A stretch of DNA of 64,000 nt from the NCBI GenBank assembly GCA_902595715.1, contig CACJRI010000003.1:5583-69582 (forward strand), read 5' to 3'. Made by a program: the position numbers and the translations under genes. A model generated the notes under the pieces. That model had not been told where the DNA came from, searched no databases, and worked only from the letters and a program-made list of their open reading frames with translations. This DNA is from an uncultured SAR86 cluster bacterium (lineage in GTDB: Bacteria; Pseudomonadota; Gammaproteobacteria; Magnimaribacterales; AG-339-G14). Shown here piece after piece: positions 48,293 to 57,510 of this stretch (its first letter is position 1; each line of letters begins with the position of its first letter).

Positions 48293-49714
48293 ATGAATAG
48301 TGAAATACAAGACCAAATTAGAAAGTTTTTAGATTTTGAAAAAAGTCTTGAAATAGAGAATCTTGTTCAGAAGAACTTGTCTATCTGGCATATCTTAAGG
48401 ACTGCGGTATTTGAGGAGATCTTTAGAGAAAAAAATTTATCTTTAGGCTCGCAAAAAAATAACGACCTAAGAAAATTTTCTCTAAATCTTCAATATTTAT
48501 ACCTTCTTTTTCGAGAGATGCTTTCTTTTTCTAATATTTTTAATAAAGCAGATGTTTTGTTGATAAATAATGACCCTAAAACAAAAATAATTGATGGAAG
48601 TTTTACAACAAAATTAGTCTGGGGATTTACTAAAGCATTAGAGTCTGATTTTACGATAAGTATTTTAAATACTCAGTCAGTTCATTTAAACCCAGACTTA
48701 AATTCTATAAATGTTTCTCGAATTCTATCTTTATTCTCAAGGATGATAGCTATATTTAAAGATCTTACAGGATGGAAAATTTCAGCAAATTATTTGGATA
48801 AAAGCATAAATAAATATTTCGGGATAAGACTCGACTGGAAAAGAATTTATAGGGACAACTTCATAAGACAAGTATTCCTTGGCTACATATTAAGATTGAT
48901 TATAAAAATAAAGAGTCCCAAAATCATAATCTTCTCAGATAATGGCTCAATGAGCTTGGTGAATAAAATTGCAAATGATAGAAATATCCCAACAGTCGAT
49001 TATCAACACGCAGTTTTATCAGATTACTATATTATTTATAATCACAATGAAGGCTCTAGTTCATTGTATAAAGAACATCTCTCCGATTATTTTTTTTCAT
49101 GGGGAGAATATAGACTTGAAAGATATAAAGATAATTATAAATGCAGAGTAGTTGGTAATGCTTTCTTTGAGGAGTCAAGGAAAGAATTTATTCAAGTTAA
49201 AAAAAACCAAAAGAGCTTGCTACTTGTTTCTGACGGGAAATACACTAGAGACGAATTAGTTGATTTAGCAATTCAATTATCTAAAAAATTTAAAGATTTC
49301 ATTATTTATTACAAACTTAGACCTGAAGAGTACGAGAATTGGTTACTTAATTACCCTAAAGAATTCTCTGAAATTTCAAATATTAATGTTATCGACAATG
49401 ATGATACTAATCTCTACTACTATTTAACTCTTTGCTCTTATGTAATAGGAACGAATTCTACTGTTTTACTTGAAGCTTTGCCTATTTCACAAATTATTAT
49501 TTATAAAATAGGTTGGTTTTTCGAAATGAATGATTACATAGATGATGGTTTGTTCTTATCGGCTGATTCTTGTAGCGAAGTAATGGATCTAATTTCAAGT
49601 AAAAAAAATGCAAATGGCAAAATAAGTTCGGACTCTATATTTAAAGAAGAATCTCAGTACTTAACATATCAAAATGTAAAAGAGATTTTAGATAAAAAAT
49701 CTTTCAATGATTAG
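48293..49714 (+). CDS. hypothetical protein (possible GT-B-like surface-carbohydrate / nonulosonate transferase)
   Basis: 473 aa with no motif I can assign with confidence. The C-terminal half (SLLLVSDGKYTRDELVDLAIQLSKKF...YYKLRPEEY...SYVIGTNSTVLLEAL) has the alternating strand/helix look of a Rossmann-like GT-B half-domain. Confidence 0.35.
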   Translation: MNSEIQDQIRKFLDFEKSLEIENLVQKNLSIWHILRTAVFEEIFREKNLSLGSQKNNDLRKFSLNLQYLYLLFREMLSFSNIFNKADVLLINNDPKTKIIDGSFTTKLVWGFTKALESDFTISILNTQSVHLNPDLNSINVSRILSLFSRMIAIFKDLTGWKISANYLDKSINKYFGIRLDWKRIYRDNFIRQVFLGYILRLIIKIKSPKIIIFSDNGSMSLVNKIANDRNIPTVDYQHAVLSDYYIIYNHNEGSSSLYKEHLSDYFFSWGEYRLERYKDNYKCRVVGNAFFEESRKEFIQVKKNQKSLLLVSDGKYTRDELVDLAIQLSKKFKDFIIYYKLRPEEYENWLLNYPKEFSEISNINVIDNDDTNLYYYLTLCSYVIGTNSTVLLEALPISQIIIYKIGWFFEMNDYIDDGLFLSADSCSEVMDLISSKKNANGKISSDSIFKEESQYLTYQNVKEILDKKSFND

Positions 49715-51767
49715 CTATAGAAAAGAAATAGATGGCTTAAGAGCAATTGCTGTCATTCCTGTAGTTTTTTTTCATGCAGGCATATCCAGCTTTAGTGGAG
49801 GTTATGTAGGTGTAGATGTTTTTTTTGTAATAAGCGGATATTTGATTACTTCTCTAATTGTTGCAGAAAAAGAAAAAGCAGAATTTAGCATAATAAATTT
49901 TTACGAGAGAAGGGCTAGACGATTACTACCTGCATTATTTTTTATGTCTTTGGTATGCGTGCCTTTTTCTTTGTTATTAATGTCTCCCATTCAGCTTAAG
50001 GAATTTTCTGATAGTTTAATTTCTATTCCTCTATTTGTATCAAATTTTGTTTTTTGGAGTGAGTCAGGATATTTTTCTACTGCTGCAGAAGAAAAACCTT
50101 TATTACATACATGGAGCTTAGCTGTAGAAGAGCAGTACTACCTTATTTTCCCTATATTTATTTTAATGTTTTGGAAATTTAAAAAAGCAATTTTAATTTC
50201 CATTATTTTTATAATAAGCATTTTTAGCATCTTAATTGCACAATTCGGTTCCAATTTAGCTTCCCAACCACCTTTCTATGACGAAGTCTTTAGATATAAT
50301 GCAATTCCAGACTTTGCTTTTTTCTTAGCTCCAACAAGAGCTTGGGAGCTATTATTTGGATCACTTACAGCTTTTTTTCTTTTAAAAGAAAAGAAAGATA
50401 AATTTTTTATCAATCAGATATTGTCTTTAACTGGCATGTTTATGATCCTTTTTTCTATCATTGCTTTTGACTCAACAACTCCTTTTCCAGGATTTTCTGC
50501 TCTGATACCTGTTTTGGGAACTGTTTTAATAATCATTTATGCAAGAGCAGGAACTCTCATTTATAAAGCGCTTACTCTGCGTCCTTTAGTATTTTTTGGA
50601 TTAATTTCTTACAGCATTTATCTTTGGCACCAACCTTTATTTGCATTTGTAAGACTTTCAACTATTAACTCACCCTCAGTAATTACGTATTTAATCTTAA
50701 GCTTCATATCATTCTTCTTAGGTTGGTTGAGCTGGAAATACATTGAAGCTCCATTTAGAAAAAAAGATTTTTTAACCAGAAAACAAATCTTTATATCAAG
50801 TCTAACTGTCGGATTATTTATAGTCTTAATAGGAGTAATTGGAGTTTCTTCAAATGGATTTATAAAAAGGTTCTCCACAGATGAGCTGCAAGCAATTCAA
50901 CCTGAAAAATTTGATAATTCAATTTGTAAATGGACTTCTCCAATAGAGGAATTTCCAAACCTAGAATTTTGTGAGTTTGGAGATTTAAACTCATTAAAAA
51001 AACCAATATTATTGTATGGAGACTCCCATGCTGATTCTTTAACAGCAAGCTTAGATAAAACTTTAAAAGAAAAAAAACTTAAGGGGATCAAGATTTTAAA
51101 TTCATATTGTGAACCCATCATTGGATTTTATAAAAAAGTTGATGCAAATATTTTTTCAAAAAATAGGTGTGAAAAGGTCTTTTCTAAGATCTTGAAAGAA
51201 ATAAAAAAAATAAATGTAGAGCACGTAATAATTTTTAACAGGTGGTCTTTTAGATTTTTTCCTGTAAAAAATAAAATTTCTCAGCTTAATTTCAATAACG
51301 AAGAAGGCGGAATTGAGTATGTTAAAAACTATAGAGAATATTTGGTTTACGATGGAATGAATTTCACAACGGATGGAGAGTCTAAGAAAAAAACTCTTAA
51401 TAGATTTATCAAATCTTTTCTCGATAAAGAAATAAGAGTGAAATTAATTTATCCTCTTCCAGAGGTCGGCTGGAATTTATCAAAACTTAATATGGTGAGT
51501 AATATTTCTAAAGGAAGCATACCTGATAAAGTTAGTACCAGTTTTCAGGTATTTCTTAAAAGACAAAATTATGCAAACTACGTACTAGACTCTTTAAAAG
51601 ATAGTTTGTTTTTAGAAAGGATTTATTTAGATAAAGTCTTTTGCGATGAGATTTTAAAAGACAGGTGTATGGCTCAAATTGATGGAGTTCCTTTCTATTA
51701 TGATTCTAATCACCTCAGCAATGAAGGCGCAGACGTTTTAATTAAAAATACAAACCTAGTAAGATAG
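49707..51767 (+). CDS. acyltransferase-3 family membrane O-acyltransferase with C-terminal SGNH-like domain (OafA/Lag-1 type)
   Basis: 686 aa. YRKEIDGLRAIAVIPVVFFHAG and WSLAVEEQYYLIFP are AT3 hallmarks. About 10 TM helices are followed by a soluble ~300-aa domain (ILLYGDSHADSL...YYDSNHLS). Confidence 0.85.
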   Translation: MISYRKEIDGLRAIAVIPVVFFHAGISSFSGGYVGVDVFFVISGYLITSLIVAEKEKAEFSIINFYERRARRLLPALFFMSLVCVPFSLLLMSPIQLKEFSDSLISIPLFVSNFVFWSESGYFSTAAEEKPLLHTWSLAVEEQYYLIFPIFILMFWKFKKAILISIIFIISIFSILIAQFGSNLASQPPFYDEVFRYNAIPDFAFFLAPTRAWELLFGSLTAFFLLKEKKDKFFINQILSLTGMFMILFSIIAFDSTTPFPGFSALIPVLGTVLIIIYARAGTLIYKALTLRPLVFFGLISYSIYLWHQPLFAFVRLSTINSPSVITYLILSFISFFLGWLSWKYIEAPFRKKDFLTRKQIFISSLTVGLFIVLIGVIGVSSNGFIKRFSTDELQAIQPEKFDNSICKWTSPIEEFPNLEFCEFGDLNSLKKPILLYGDSHADSLTASLDKTLKEKKLKGIKILNSYCEPIIGFYKKVDANIFSKNRCEKVFSKILKEIKKINVEHVIIFNRWSFRFFPVKNKISQLNFNNEEGGIEYVKNYREYLVYDGMNFTTDGESKKKTLNRFIKSFLDKEIRVKLIYPLPEVGWNLSKLNMVSNISKGSIPDKVSTSFQVFLKRQNYANYVLDSLKDSLFLERIYLDKVFCDEILKDRCMAQIDGVPFYYDSNHLSNEGADVLIKNTNLVR

Positions 51768-51784
51768 AGCTTGAGATTTTATTA

Positions 51785-52690
51785 ATGAGCAAGATTTTAG
51801 TCACTGGGGGAGCAGGCTTTATTCCAAGTCATTTAGTTGATGCCCTCGTAAAAGACAATCACGAAGTTACATCAGTGGATAATTTCGTTACTGGGAAAGA
51901 GAAAAATTTATCAACAAAAGATAATCATAGATTTATCAAGGCAGACGTAAATAACATCGATGAGATAGAGCCTATTATTAGGAATGGCGAATATGAATAT
52001 ATTTTTCACTACGCTGCTCTAGTTGGAGTTCATAGAACAATAAATAATCCTATCGGAGTTCTAAATGATTTGAGCGGACTGGAAAATCTCTTTTCCCTTG
52101 CAAAAGAAACTAAGGTAAGAAAAATATTTTTTTCTTCCTCTTCGGAAGTTTATGGAGAGCCGGTTGAATTGCCTCAGAGAGAATATCTTACCCCTCTTAA
52201 TTCAAGGTTGCCTTATGCTGTGATAAAAAATGTGGGAGAGTGTTTCTGTAAATCTTACAAGCAAGAACATGGCCTTGATTATACAATTTTTAGATTTTTC
52301 AATACTTATGGTTTGAGACAGAGCGAAGACTTTGTCGTTTCAAAGTTTTTAAAGCTCGCTAAAGAAAACAAAGACATAACTGTCTACGGAACAGGTCTGC
52401 AAACTAGAACATTTTGTTATATTGATGATCATATCGAAGCTACAACAAAAGCATTTAAAGAAAATATCTATAATAATGAAATTGTAAATATAGGTAATAA
52501 TGAAGAAACAACTATCCTTCAACTAGCTGAAACAATAATTAAAATATTAGATTCTAAATCTAAAATAATACATTTGGATCCACTAGCAGAAGGGGATATG
52601 ACAAGAAGACAGCCAGATGTCGAAAGGATGAAATCTCTTCTTAATAGAGACTTTACTACCTTAGAAAAAGGACTCAAAAAAATCATTTAA
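51785..52690 (+). CDS. NAD-dependent sugar dehydratase/decarboxylase/epimerase (UXS/RmlB-like extended SDR)
   Basis: 301 aa. Has ILVTGGAGFIPSHLVDAL (P replaces the third Gly), the catalytic YAVIKNVGE and a C-terminal RRQPDVERMKSLL, which resembles UDP-glucuronate decarboxylases. Confidence 0.7.
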   Translation: MSKILVTGGAGFIPSHLVDALVKDNHEVTSVDNFVTGKEKNLSTKDNHRFIKADVNNIDEIEPIIRNGEYEYIFHYAALVGVHRTINNPIGVLNDLSGLENLFSLAKETKVRKIFFSSSSEVYGEPVELPQREYLTPLNSRLPYAVIKNVGECFCKSYKQEHGLDYTIFRFFNTYGLRQSEDFVVSKFLKLAKENKDITVYGTGLQTRTFCYIDDHIEATTKAFKENIYNNEIVNIGNNEETTILQLAETIIKILDSKSKIIHLDPLAEGDMTRRQPDVERMKSLLNRDFTTLEKGLKKII

Positions 52691-52712
52691 TTAAATTCTT
52701 CAATAAGAAAGC

Positions 52713-54155
52713 ATGGATTTTTTTAATTTTTTCAAAGCAAGCTTTTTCTTCGTTATTACTAAGTACATAGTAATCCTATTAAATTTTATACGATCAATCA
52801 TCATAGCCTCATCATTAGGGCCAAATAGTCTTGGAGAATATGCAATATTGGTAATTATTCTTGAGTATTTCTACTATACAAATTTAGGAATCTTTTTCTC
52901 TATGACAAAAGAAGTATCAATAAATATTGATCAAAAGGGCAAACAAGAATATGTCAAGAAAATAATAAACAATACCGTATCTTTTCAATCAATAAATTCA
53001 ATTTTTGTATTAGCCTTTTTCGCCTTATTTTTTGGTTTTGAATATTATGGATTTTTTCAAATTGAAATCTTTAATACTAATTATCTATTTTATATTTTAA
53101 CTCTAGGGATAATTTACCAAGCTAAAAGCTTCATTTTCAGTTATTTACGCCTTTACGATCGAATAAATGAGATGGTTAAAATTGAGTTTTTTTCTTCCCT
53201 ATTTGTTTTTCTAGGTATTTACTTTTTTGTTGATGATTTTGGGTTAGATGCAATTTTTCTCATCAGCATCATTGTTAATTTATTTGTGCTAATTCCTTAC
53301 ATAAAAAAAATATCTAATTTTAAGTTCATTTTAGAATTGAAAATAGTACAAGTATTGATCTATGTGGGATTACCTCTCTTGTTGTTTAATTTTTTGTCAT
53401 TAATGATAACTACTATAGACAGAATTATGATTAATCAATTAGTTTCTTCTAACCGTGAAGCACTAGGAATTTACCATTTAGGTTACCTTTTATCCTTTGG
53501 AGTAATGACAGCTTTCAATTCTGTTATTTTTTTGTTGTTGCCAAAAATGTTGAAACAATTTCACTCGTCTAAAGAAGTATATTCTTTAATGTTCAATCAA
53601 ACTAAATTCACAGAATTCATTCTGGCGTCAATTTTAATTTTAGCAATCATTACCATTTCGCCATTTATCCAGTTTTTCCTTGAGGAATACAAGAGAAGTG
53701 TTTTAGTAATGCAGTTGCTTTTGTTTGCTTATTTCATGAAAGGGTTAGCTTTTCTTCCAGAAAGTTATTTAATTGCAAATAACAAACATATGAATACTTT
53801 AGTAATTTTTTTCCTTTCTTTACTAAACGCCTTATTTTTAAATTACTTCTCTATTATTTTGGGATATGGCATTTATGGGGTTGCAATTGCAACAATAGGA
53901 ACTTTCTATATTTATACAGTAGGTATTTTTTGCCTTTATTTTCATTTTGAACAAATAAAAATTTATAAAGGGATTACAAGAGTCATTTTAAGACCAATGC
54001 TTTTTATGACTATATCTACTATTTTATTATATGAAAACATTACCACGCTATGGTTGGTTATTGTTTTTCTTATATTTTATTTAAGAGATATTGTCACTTA
54101 TCTTAAAAAGACCATAAATCTATCTCAGGAACTTTTAAACTCAAAAAAGTCTTAA
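52713..54155 (+). CDS. wzx: polysaccharide flippase (Wzx, MOP superfamily)
   Basis: 480 aa with about 12-14 TM helices and no soluble domain. The length and hydrophobic profile are typical of MOP/PST proteins, and it sits inside the glycan locus. Confidence 0.7.
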   Translation: MDFFNFFKASFFFVITKYIVILLNFIRSIIIASSLGPNSLGEYAILVIILEYFYYTNLGIFFSMTKEVSINIDQKGKQEYVKKIINNTVSFQSINSIFVLAFFALFFGFEYYGFFQIEIFNTNYLFYILTLGIIYQAKSFIFSYLRLYDRINEMVKIEFFSSLFVFLGIYFFVDDFGLDAIFLISIIVNLFVLIPYIKKISNFKFILELKIVQVLIYVGLPLLLFNFLSLMITTIDRIMINQLVSSNREALGIYHLGYLLSFGVMTAFNSVIFLLLPKMLKQFHSSKEVYSLMFNQTKFTEFILASILILAIITISPFIQFFLEEYKRSVLVMQLLLFAYFMKGLAFLPESYLIANNKHMNTLVIFFLSLLNALFLNYFSIILGYGIYGVAIATIGTFYIYTVGIFCLYFHFEQIKIYKGITRVILRPMLFMTISTILLYENITTLWLVIVFLIFYLRDIVTYLKKTINLSQELLNSKKS

Positions 54156-54198
54156 TAACAAATATTATTCAATCTAGATATAATAGAGGCTTGAGAAC

Positions 54199-54891
54199 AT
54201 GGAAAGCACAAATACATTAACCTTTAGAGATATTCTTGACGCCAGTACAGCTAACCTAACTTCTGGTGCAAATCTGACTGTAATTGATGTTTTAGTAGGG
54301 CTTGGGGCAAGTTTGATATGCGCTGCAATTATTTCTTGGACATATAGAGCAAGTTATCAGGGAGTTTTGTATCAAAAAAGTTTTAACTTATCTCTGATTT
54401 TAATTTGCCTAGTGACTACATCAGTAATAATGGTAATAAGTGGAAACCTTGTTTTATCTTTAGGAATGGTAGGAGCACTATCCATCGTAAGGTTTAGAGC
54501 TGCTATTAAAGATCCGATGGATATAGTGTATATGTTTTGGTCTGTTGCAGTAGGGATAGCTAATGGAGTAGCAAATATAAAAGTTTCTCTCACAGCAACA
54601 ATAGTCATATCAATATTAATAATCTTACTTAACAGACTTCCTTTTGGAACAATAGCTTATTTGGTCATCCTGAAATATAACGCCGATGATGAGCCTACTT
54701 TTTTGAAAGCCCTAGACCAAAACACTTCCCAATACATCATTAAGAGTAAAAATATAAAAGATGGCCAGGTTGAATTGATTGCAGAGGCACGATTAAAAAA
54801 AGATAGCGATCTTTCTAAAAATTTAACCGAGCTTAACGGTTTTGTAGACTTAAGCTTACTAGCCTACAGCAGCAATATTCTTGATAACTAA
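54199..54891 (+). CDS. DUF4956-family membrane protein
   Basis: 230 aa. It has about four TM helices with the family hallmark LGMVGALSIVRFRAAIKDPMDIVYMFWSVAVGIANG, then a soluble ~80-aa C-terminal domain. Confidence 0.75.
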   Translation: MESTNTLTFRDILDASTANLTSGANLTVIDVLVGLGASLICAAIISWTYRASYQGVLYQKSFNLSLILICLVTTSVIMVISGNLVLSLGMVGALSIVRFRAAIKDPMDIVYMFWSVAVGIANGVANIKVSLTATIVISILIILLNRLPFGTIAYLVILKYNADDEPTFLKALDQNTSQYIIKSKNIKDGQVELIAEARLKKDSDLSKNLTELNGFVDLSLLAYSSNILDN

Positions 54892-54909
54892 TACATTAAT
54901 GTATTAAAC

Positions 54910-57510
54910 ATGACTAGGATTAGATTTTTTTTTAGTTTATTTATTATTTTAATAATCCTTATAATTGGCAGTGTTTTCATAACCTCATTTTTTTATTTCA
55001 ATAATAGTTTTTATTCTAAAGCAATAGAGATCTCTAAAGATTATCCAAGATTCCAAAAAATTATTGATTTATCTGACTCCTTCTTTAATGAGATTGATTT
55101 AAGAAAGTATCTCAATGAGAGTTTTTTGCCTGAGACAAAATTAGTTAGATTGTATTTAACTGGTTCTGATCTAAAAAATATTAACGAGCAAATTGATAAG
55201 TTTAAAAATATTGGGTTTATAAGAGATGAATTAAATTATTGGCGAAAAGCGAAGATAAAAGTTAATGGCTCTGAGGAAAAAATAAAATATAAATTTCACG
55301 GCACTTCAATTTCTCCTTTAAGCAAACATAATTCAATTTCTTTTAGGATAAAGCATAAAAAAGACGGGAATTACTTGAATAATATGAGGAGATTTTCATT
55401 ACTCACTTATAAAGACGATTTAGATATATCAACAATCATCATAAATCAAATAGCATCTGACTTTGGTCTAATTTCGCCAGTTGGAAAGATGGTTGCTTTA
55501 AAGATTAATGATATTGATATTGGCATGTATATGTTAGTGGAACATCATAGTAAAGAGTGGTTTGAAAAATTTCATAAAATGACCAATTATTCACTTTTTA
55601 AATCTAATGATGATTGGGATAGAAAAGAAAATACTGGGGGAACAGCTCATTTATCTAGTTCAGATAACTTGGTAAACAACAAAGAAATAAAAGGCTCTTC
55701 CCTAGATCATGCTACAAACCTTGCCGCATTAAAGTTATTACTCGAGGCTATACAAAAAAAAGATATGGGAACTCTAAAGCAACTAATCGATTTAGATTAT
55801 GCCGCAAAATTTGTTGCATTAAATATATTGGCGAATAATGCACACCATGTTTCTGGTGATAATTTTAAATATTTATATGATCAAACAAGAGGTAAATTTA
55901 AGTTTTTATTCAGAATCGAAGACTCAATAAAACCAATTCAAAAATCATTAGAAAGTTTCAACTCCTCCTGGTTTGAAAGCTATTTTGTAAAATCTCAAAC
56001 TCTCAATCTTTTTTATCTCTTAACTCAAGATGATGAATTCAGAAATCTCAGAGACGAATATCTCATGAGATTAATTGAAAAAAAAGATCTTTTGATTGAA
56101 ACAGCCAAAAAGACTTATGATGAAAATTATGATGTTTTATATGCAAGTAAAAATTCTTTAAGGAAGGCAAACTTTTTCAAAAATGAGTTTTTTAAAAATT
56201 TAACAAACAATTTCGAAGTAATCGAACAATACTTAAATTATGGAAAAGTTTTCTTAACTTTTGAGAAAACAAATCCTTCTCAAAATTTCTATGATGTTTT
56301 ATCTGTCTTTAACGACTCATACGTAACTTCCACCTTGAAATTTAAAAATGATAAAGAAATTATTTTTAAAGAAATTCAACTAATGCCCTTAGAAATTAAA
56401 GATACATTAGATTCAAAAAATAGAATCACTAAATCTATCCTCAAAGATCAGAATTTATATTCTAAATTTGTTATAGAAAATAACGTAACGAATCAGACAC
56501 TTGCTGAGAAAGACATATATATAAATTATTTAAATAGCTTTTCTTTAATAAATTATGAAGATTCTATTTCTACTCTTAAATCTAACAACGTGAATTATTC
56601 ATTAACGAAAAAAGAGTTAATCGTTCTTCCAGGAAATTACAACATTAAAAGCGACTTAATTTTTCCTGAAAATTTAAAAATTATATTTTCAGCAGGCTCA
56701 AATTTTTTTATTGATCAAAATAAATCAATTTTAGTCAAATCAGACTTTGAAATAAAAGGTACTAGCGACATGCCAATTACTATAGAAAGTAAAACTAAAG
56801 ACAAACCTTTTGGAGTTTTAGCGATTTTTGGTAAAGAAAAAATTGCGAATGTTTTAATTAATAATCTCAGAATAAATGGAGGATCCGAGGCTTCCTTAGA
56901 AGGTGTAAGATACTTGGGTCAAATTTCAATACATAATGCGAACGTAAAAATTTTTGACTCTATTATCGAAGGAAGTAGTTCAGATGATGGGGTAAATATA
57001 AGAGACAGTGAAGTATTGATTGCAAACTCGATATTTAAGAATAATTCTGCAGATCAAATTGATTTAGACTTTTGTTCCGGAGAGGTAAATAAAAATATTT
57101 TTCTTATAAGTAAAGACAGCAAAACCAAAATTGACTTTAATGGAGATGGATTAGATCTTAGCGGGTCAAAGATAAACATCTCTGAAAATAAATTTACAGG
57201 ATTCTTAGACAAGGCTTTAAGTATTGGTGAAGAGTCAAAAGCTTTAATTAATAAAAATTTATTTGATGACAATAACAGCGCTATAACTGTGAAAGATGGT
57301 TCTCAGGCCTATGTTTTATCAAATAATTTTATGAATAATAAACAAGACTTTAGCCTTTTTATAAAAAAAAGATTTTATGATTCTCCAACTTTATTCATTA
57401 AGAAAAGCGATACCAACAGGTCAGTTCAGAATAACTTAAAGAATAAAATAAACTCTATACGATTAAGTTCCGAAGAAGAAATGAGAAGATTATATGCAAC
57501 AAATAGATAA
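54910..57510 (+). CDS. CotH-family atypical kinase homologue with N-terminal membrane anchor and C-terminal parallel beta-helix domain
   Basis: 866 aa. The N-terminal anchor is RIRFFFSLFIILIILIIGSVFITSFFYF. The CotH-like core has KIKYKFHGTSISPLSKHNSISFRIK and NAHHVSGDNFKYLYDQTRGKFKFLFRIEDS. The C-terminus carries PbH1-type repeats (NANVKIFDSIIEGSSSDDGVNIRDSEVLIANSIFKNNSADQIDL...GDGLDLSGSKINISENKF...NNSAITVKDGS). Confidence 0.75.
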   Translation: MTRIRFFFSLFIILIILIIGSVFITSFFYFNNSFYSKAIEISKDYPRFQKIIDLSDSFFNEIDLRKYLNESFLPETKLVRLYLTGSDLKNINEQIDKFKNIGFIRDELNYWRKAKIKVNGSEEKIKYKFHGTSISPLSKHNSISFRIKHKKDGNYLNNMRRFSLLTYKDDLDISTIIINQIASDFGLISPVGKMVALKINDIDIGMYMLVEHHSKEWFEKFHKMTNYSLFKSNDDWDRKENTGGTAHLSSSDNLVNNKEIKGSSLDHATNLAALKLLLEAIQKKDMGTLKQLIDLDYAAKFVALNILANNAHHVSGDNFKYLYDQTRGKFKFLFRIEDSIKPIQKSLESFNSSWFESYFVKSQTLNLFYLLTQDDEFRNLRDEYLMRLIEKKDLLIETAKKTYDENYDVLYASKNSLRKANFFKNEFFKNLTNNFEVIEQYLNYGKVFLTFEKTNPSQNFYDVLSVFNDSYVTSTLKFKNDKEIIFKEIQLMPLEIKDTLDSKNRITKSILKDQNLYSKFVIENNVTNQTLAEKDIYINYLNSFSLINYEDSISTLKSNNVNYSLTKKELIVLPGNYNIKSDLIFPENLKIIFSAGSNFFIDQNKSILVKSDFEIKGTSDMPITIESKTKDKPFGVLAIFGKEKIANVLINNLRINGGSEASLEGVRYLGQISIHNANVKIFDSIIEGSSSDDGVNIRDSEVLIANSIFKNNSADQIDLDFCSGEVNKNIFLISKDSKTKIDFNGDGLDLSGSKINISENKFTGFLDKALSIGEESKALINKNLFDDNNSAITVKDGSQAYVLSNNFMNNKQDFSLFIKKRFYDSPTLFIKKSDTNRSVQNNLKNKINSIRLSSEEEMRRLYATNR

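Noticed and set aside
54925-54933. Homopolymer tracts in glycan genes as possible slipped-strand phase-variation switches, as in Campylobacter glycosylation loci. Examples: T9 at codons 6-8 of the CotH gene; T8-g-T9 at 63503-63520 and A9 at 63676-63684 in the GT4 gene; T8 at the 5' end of the wzy-like gene.
   Set aside because: A/T runs of 8-9 nt also occur in housekeeping genes of this window (e.g. T9 at 9383-9391 in the HAD phosphatase gene; A9 in uvrC near 27891). They therefore fit the background of a very AT-rich genome. Only population or read-level length variation could revive the idea.
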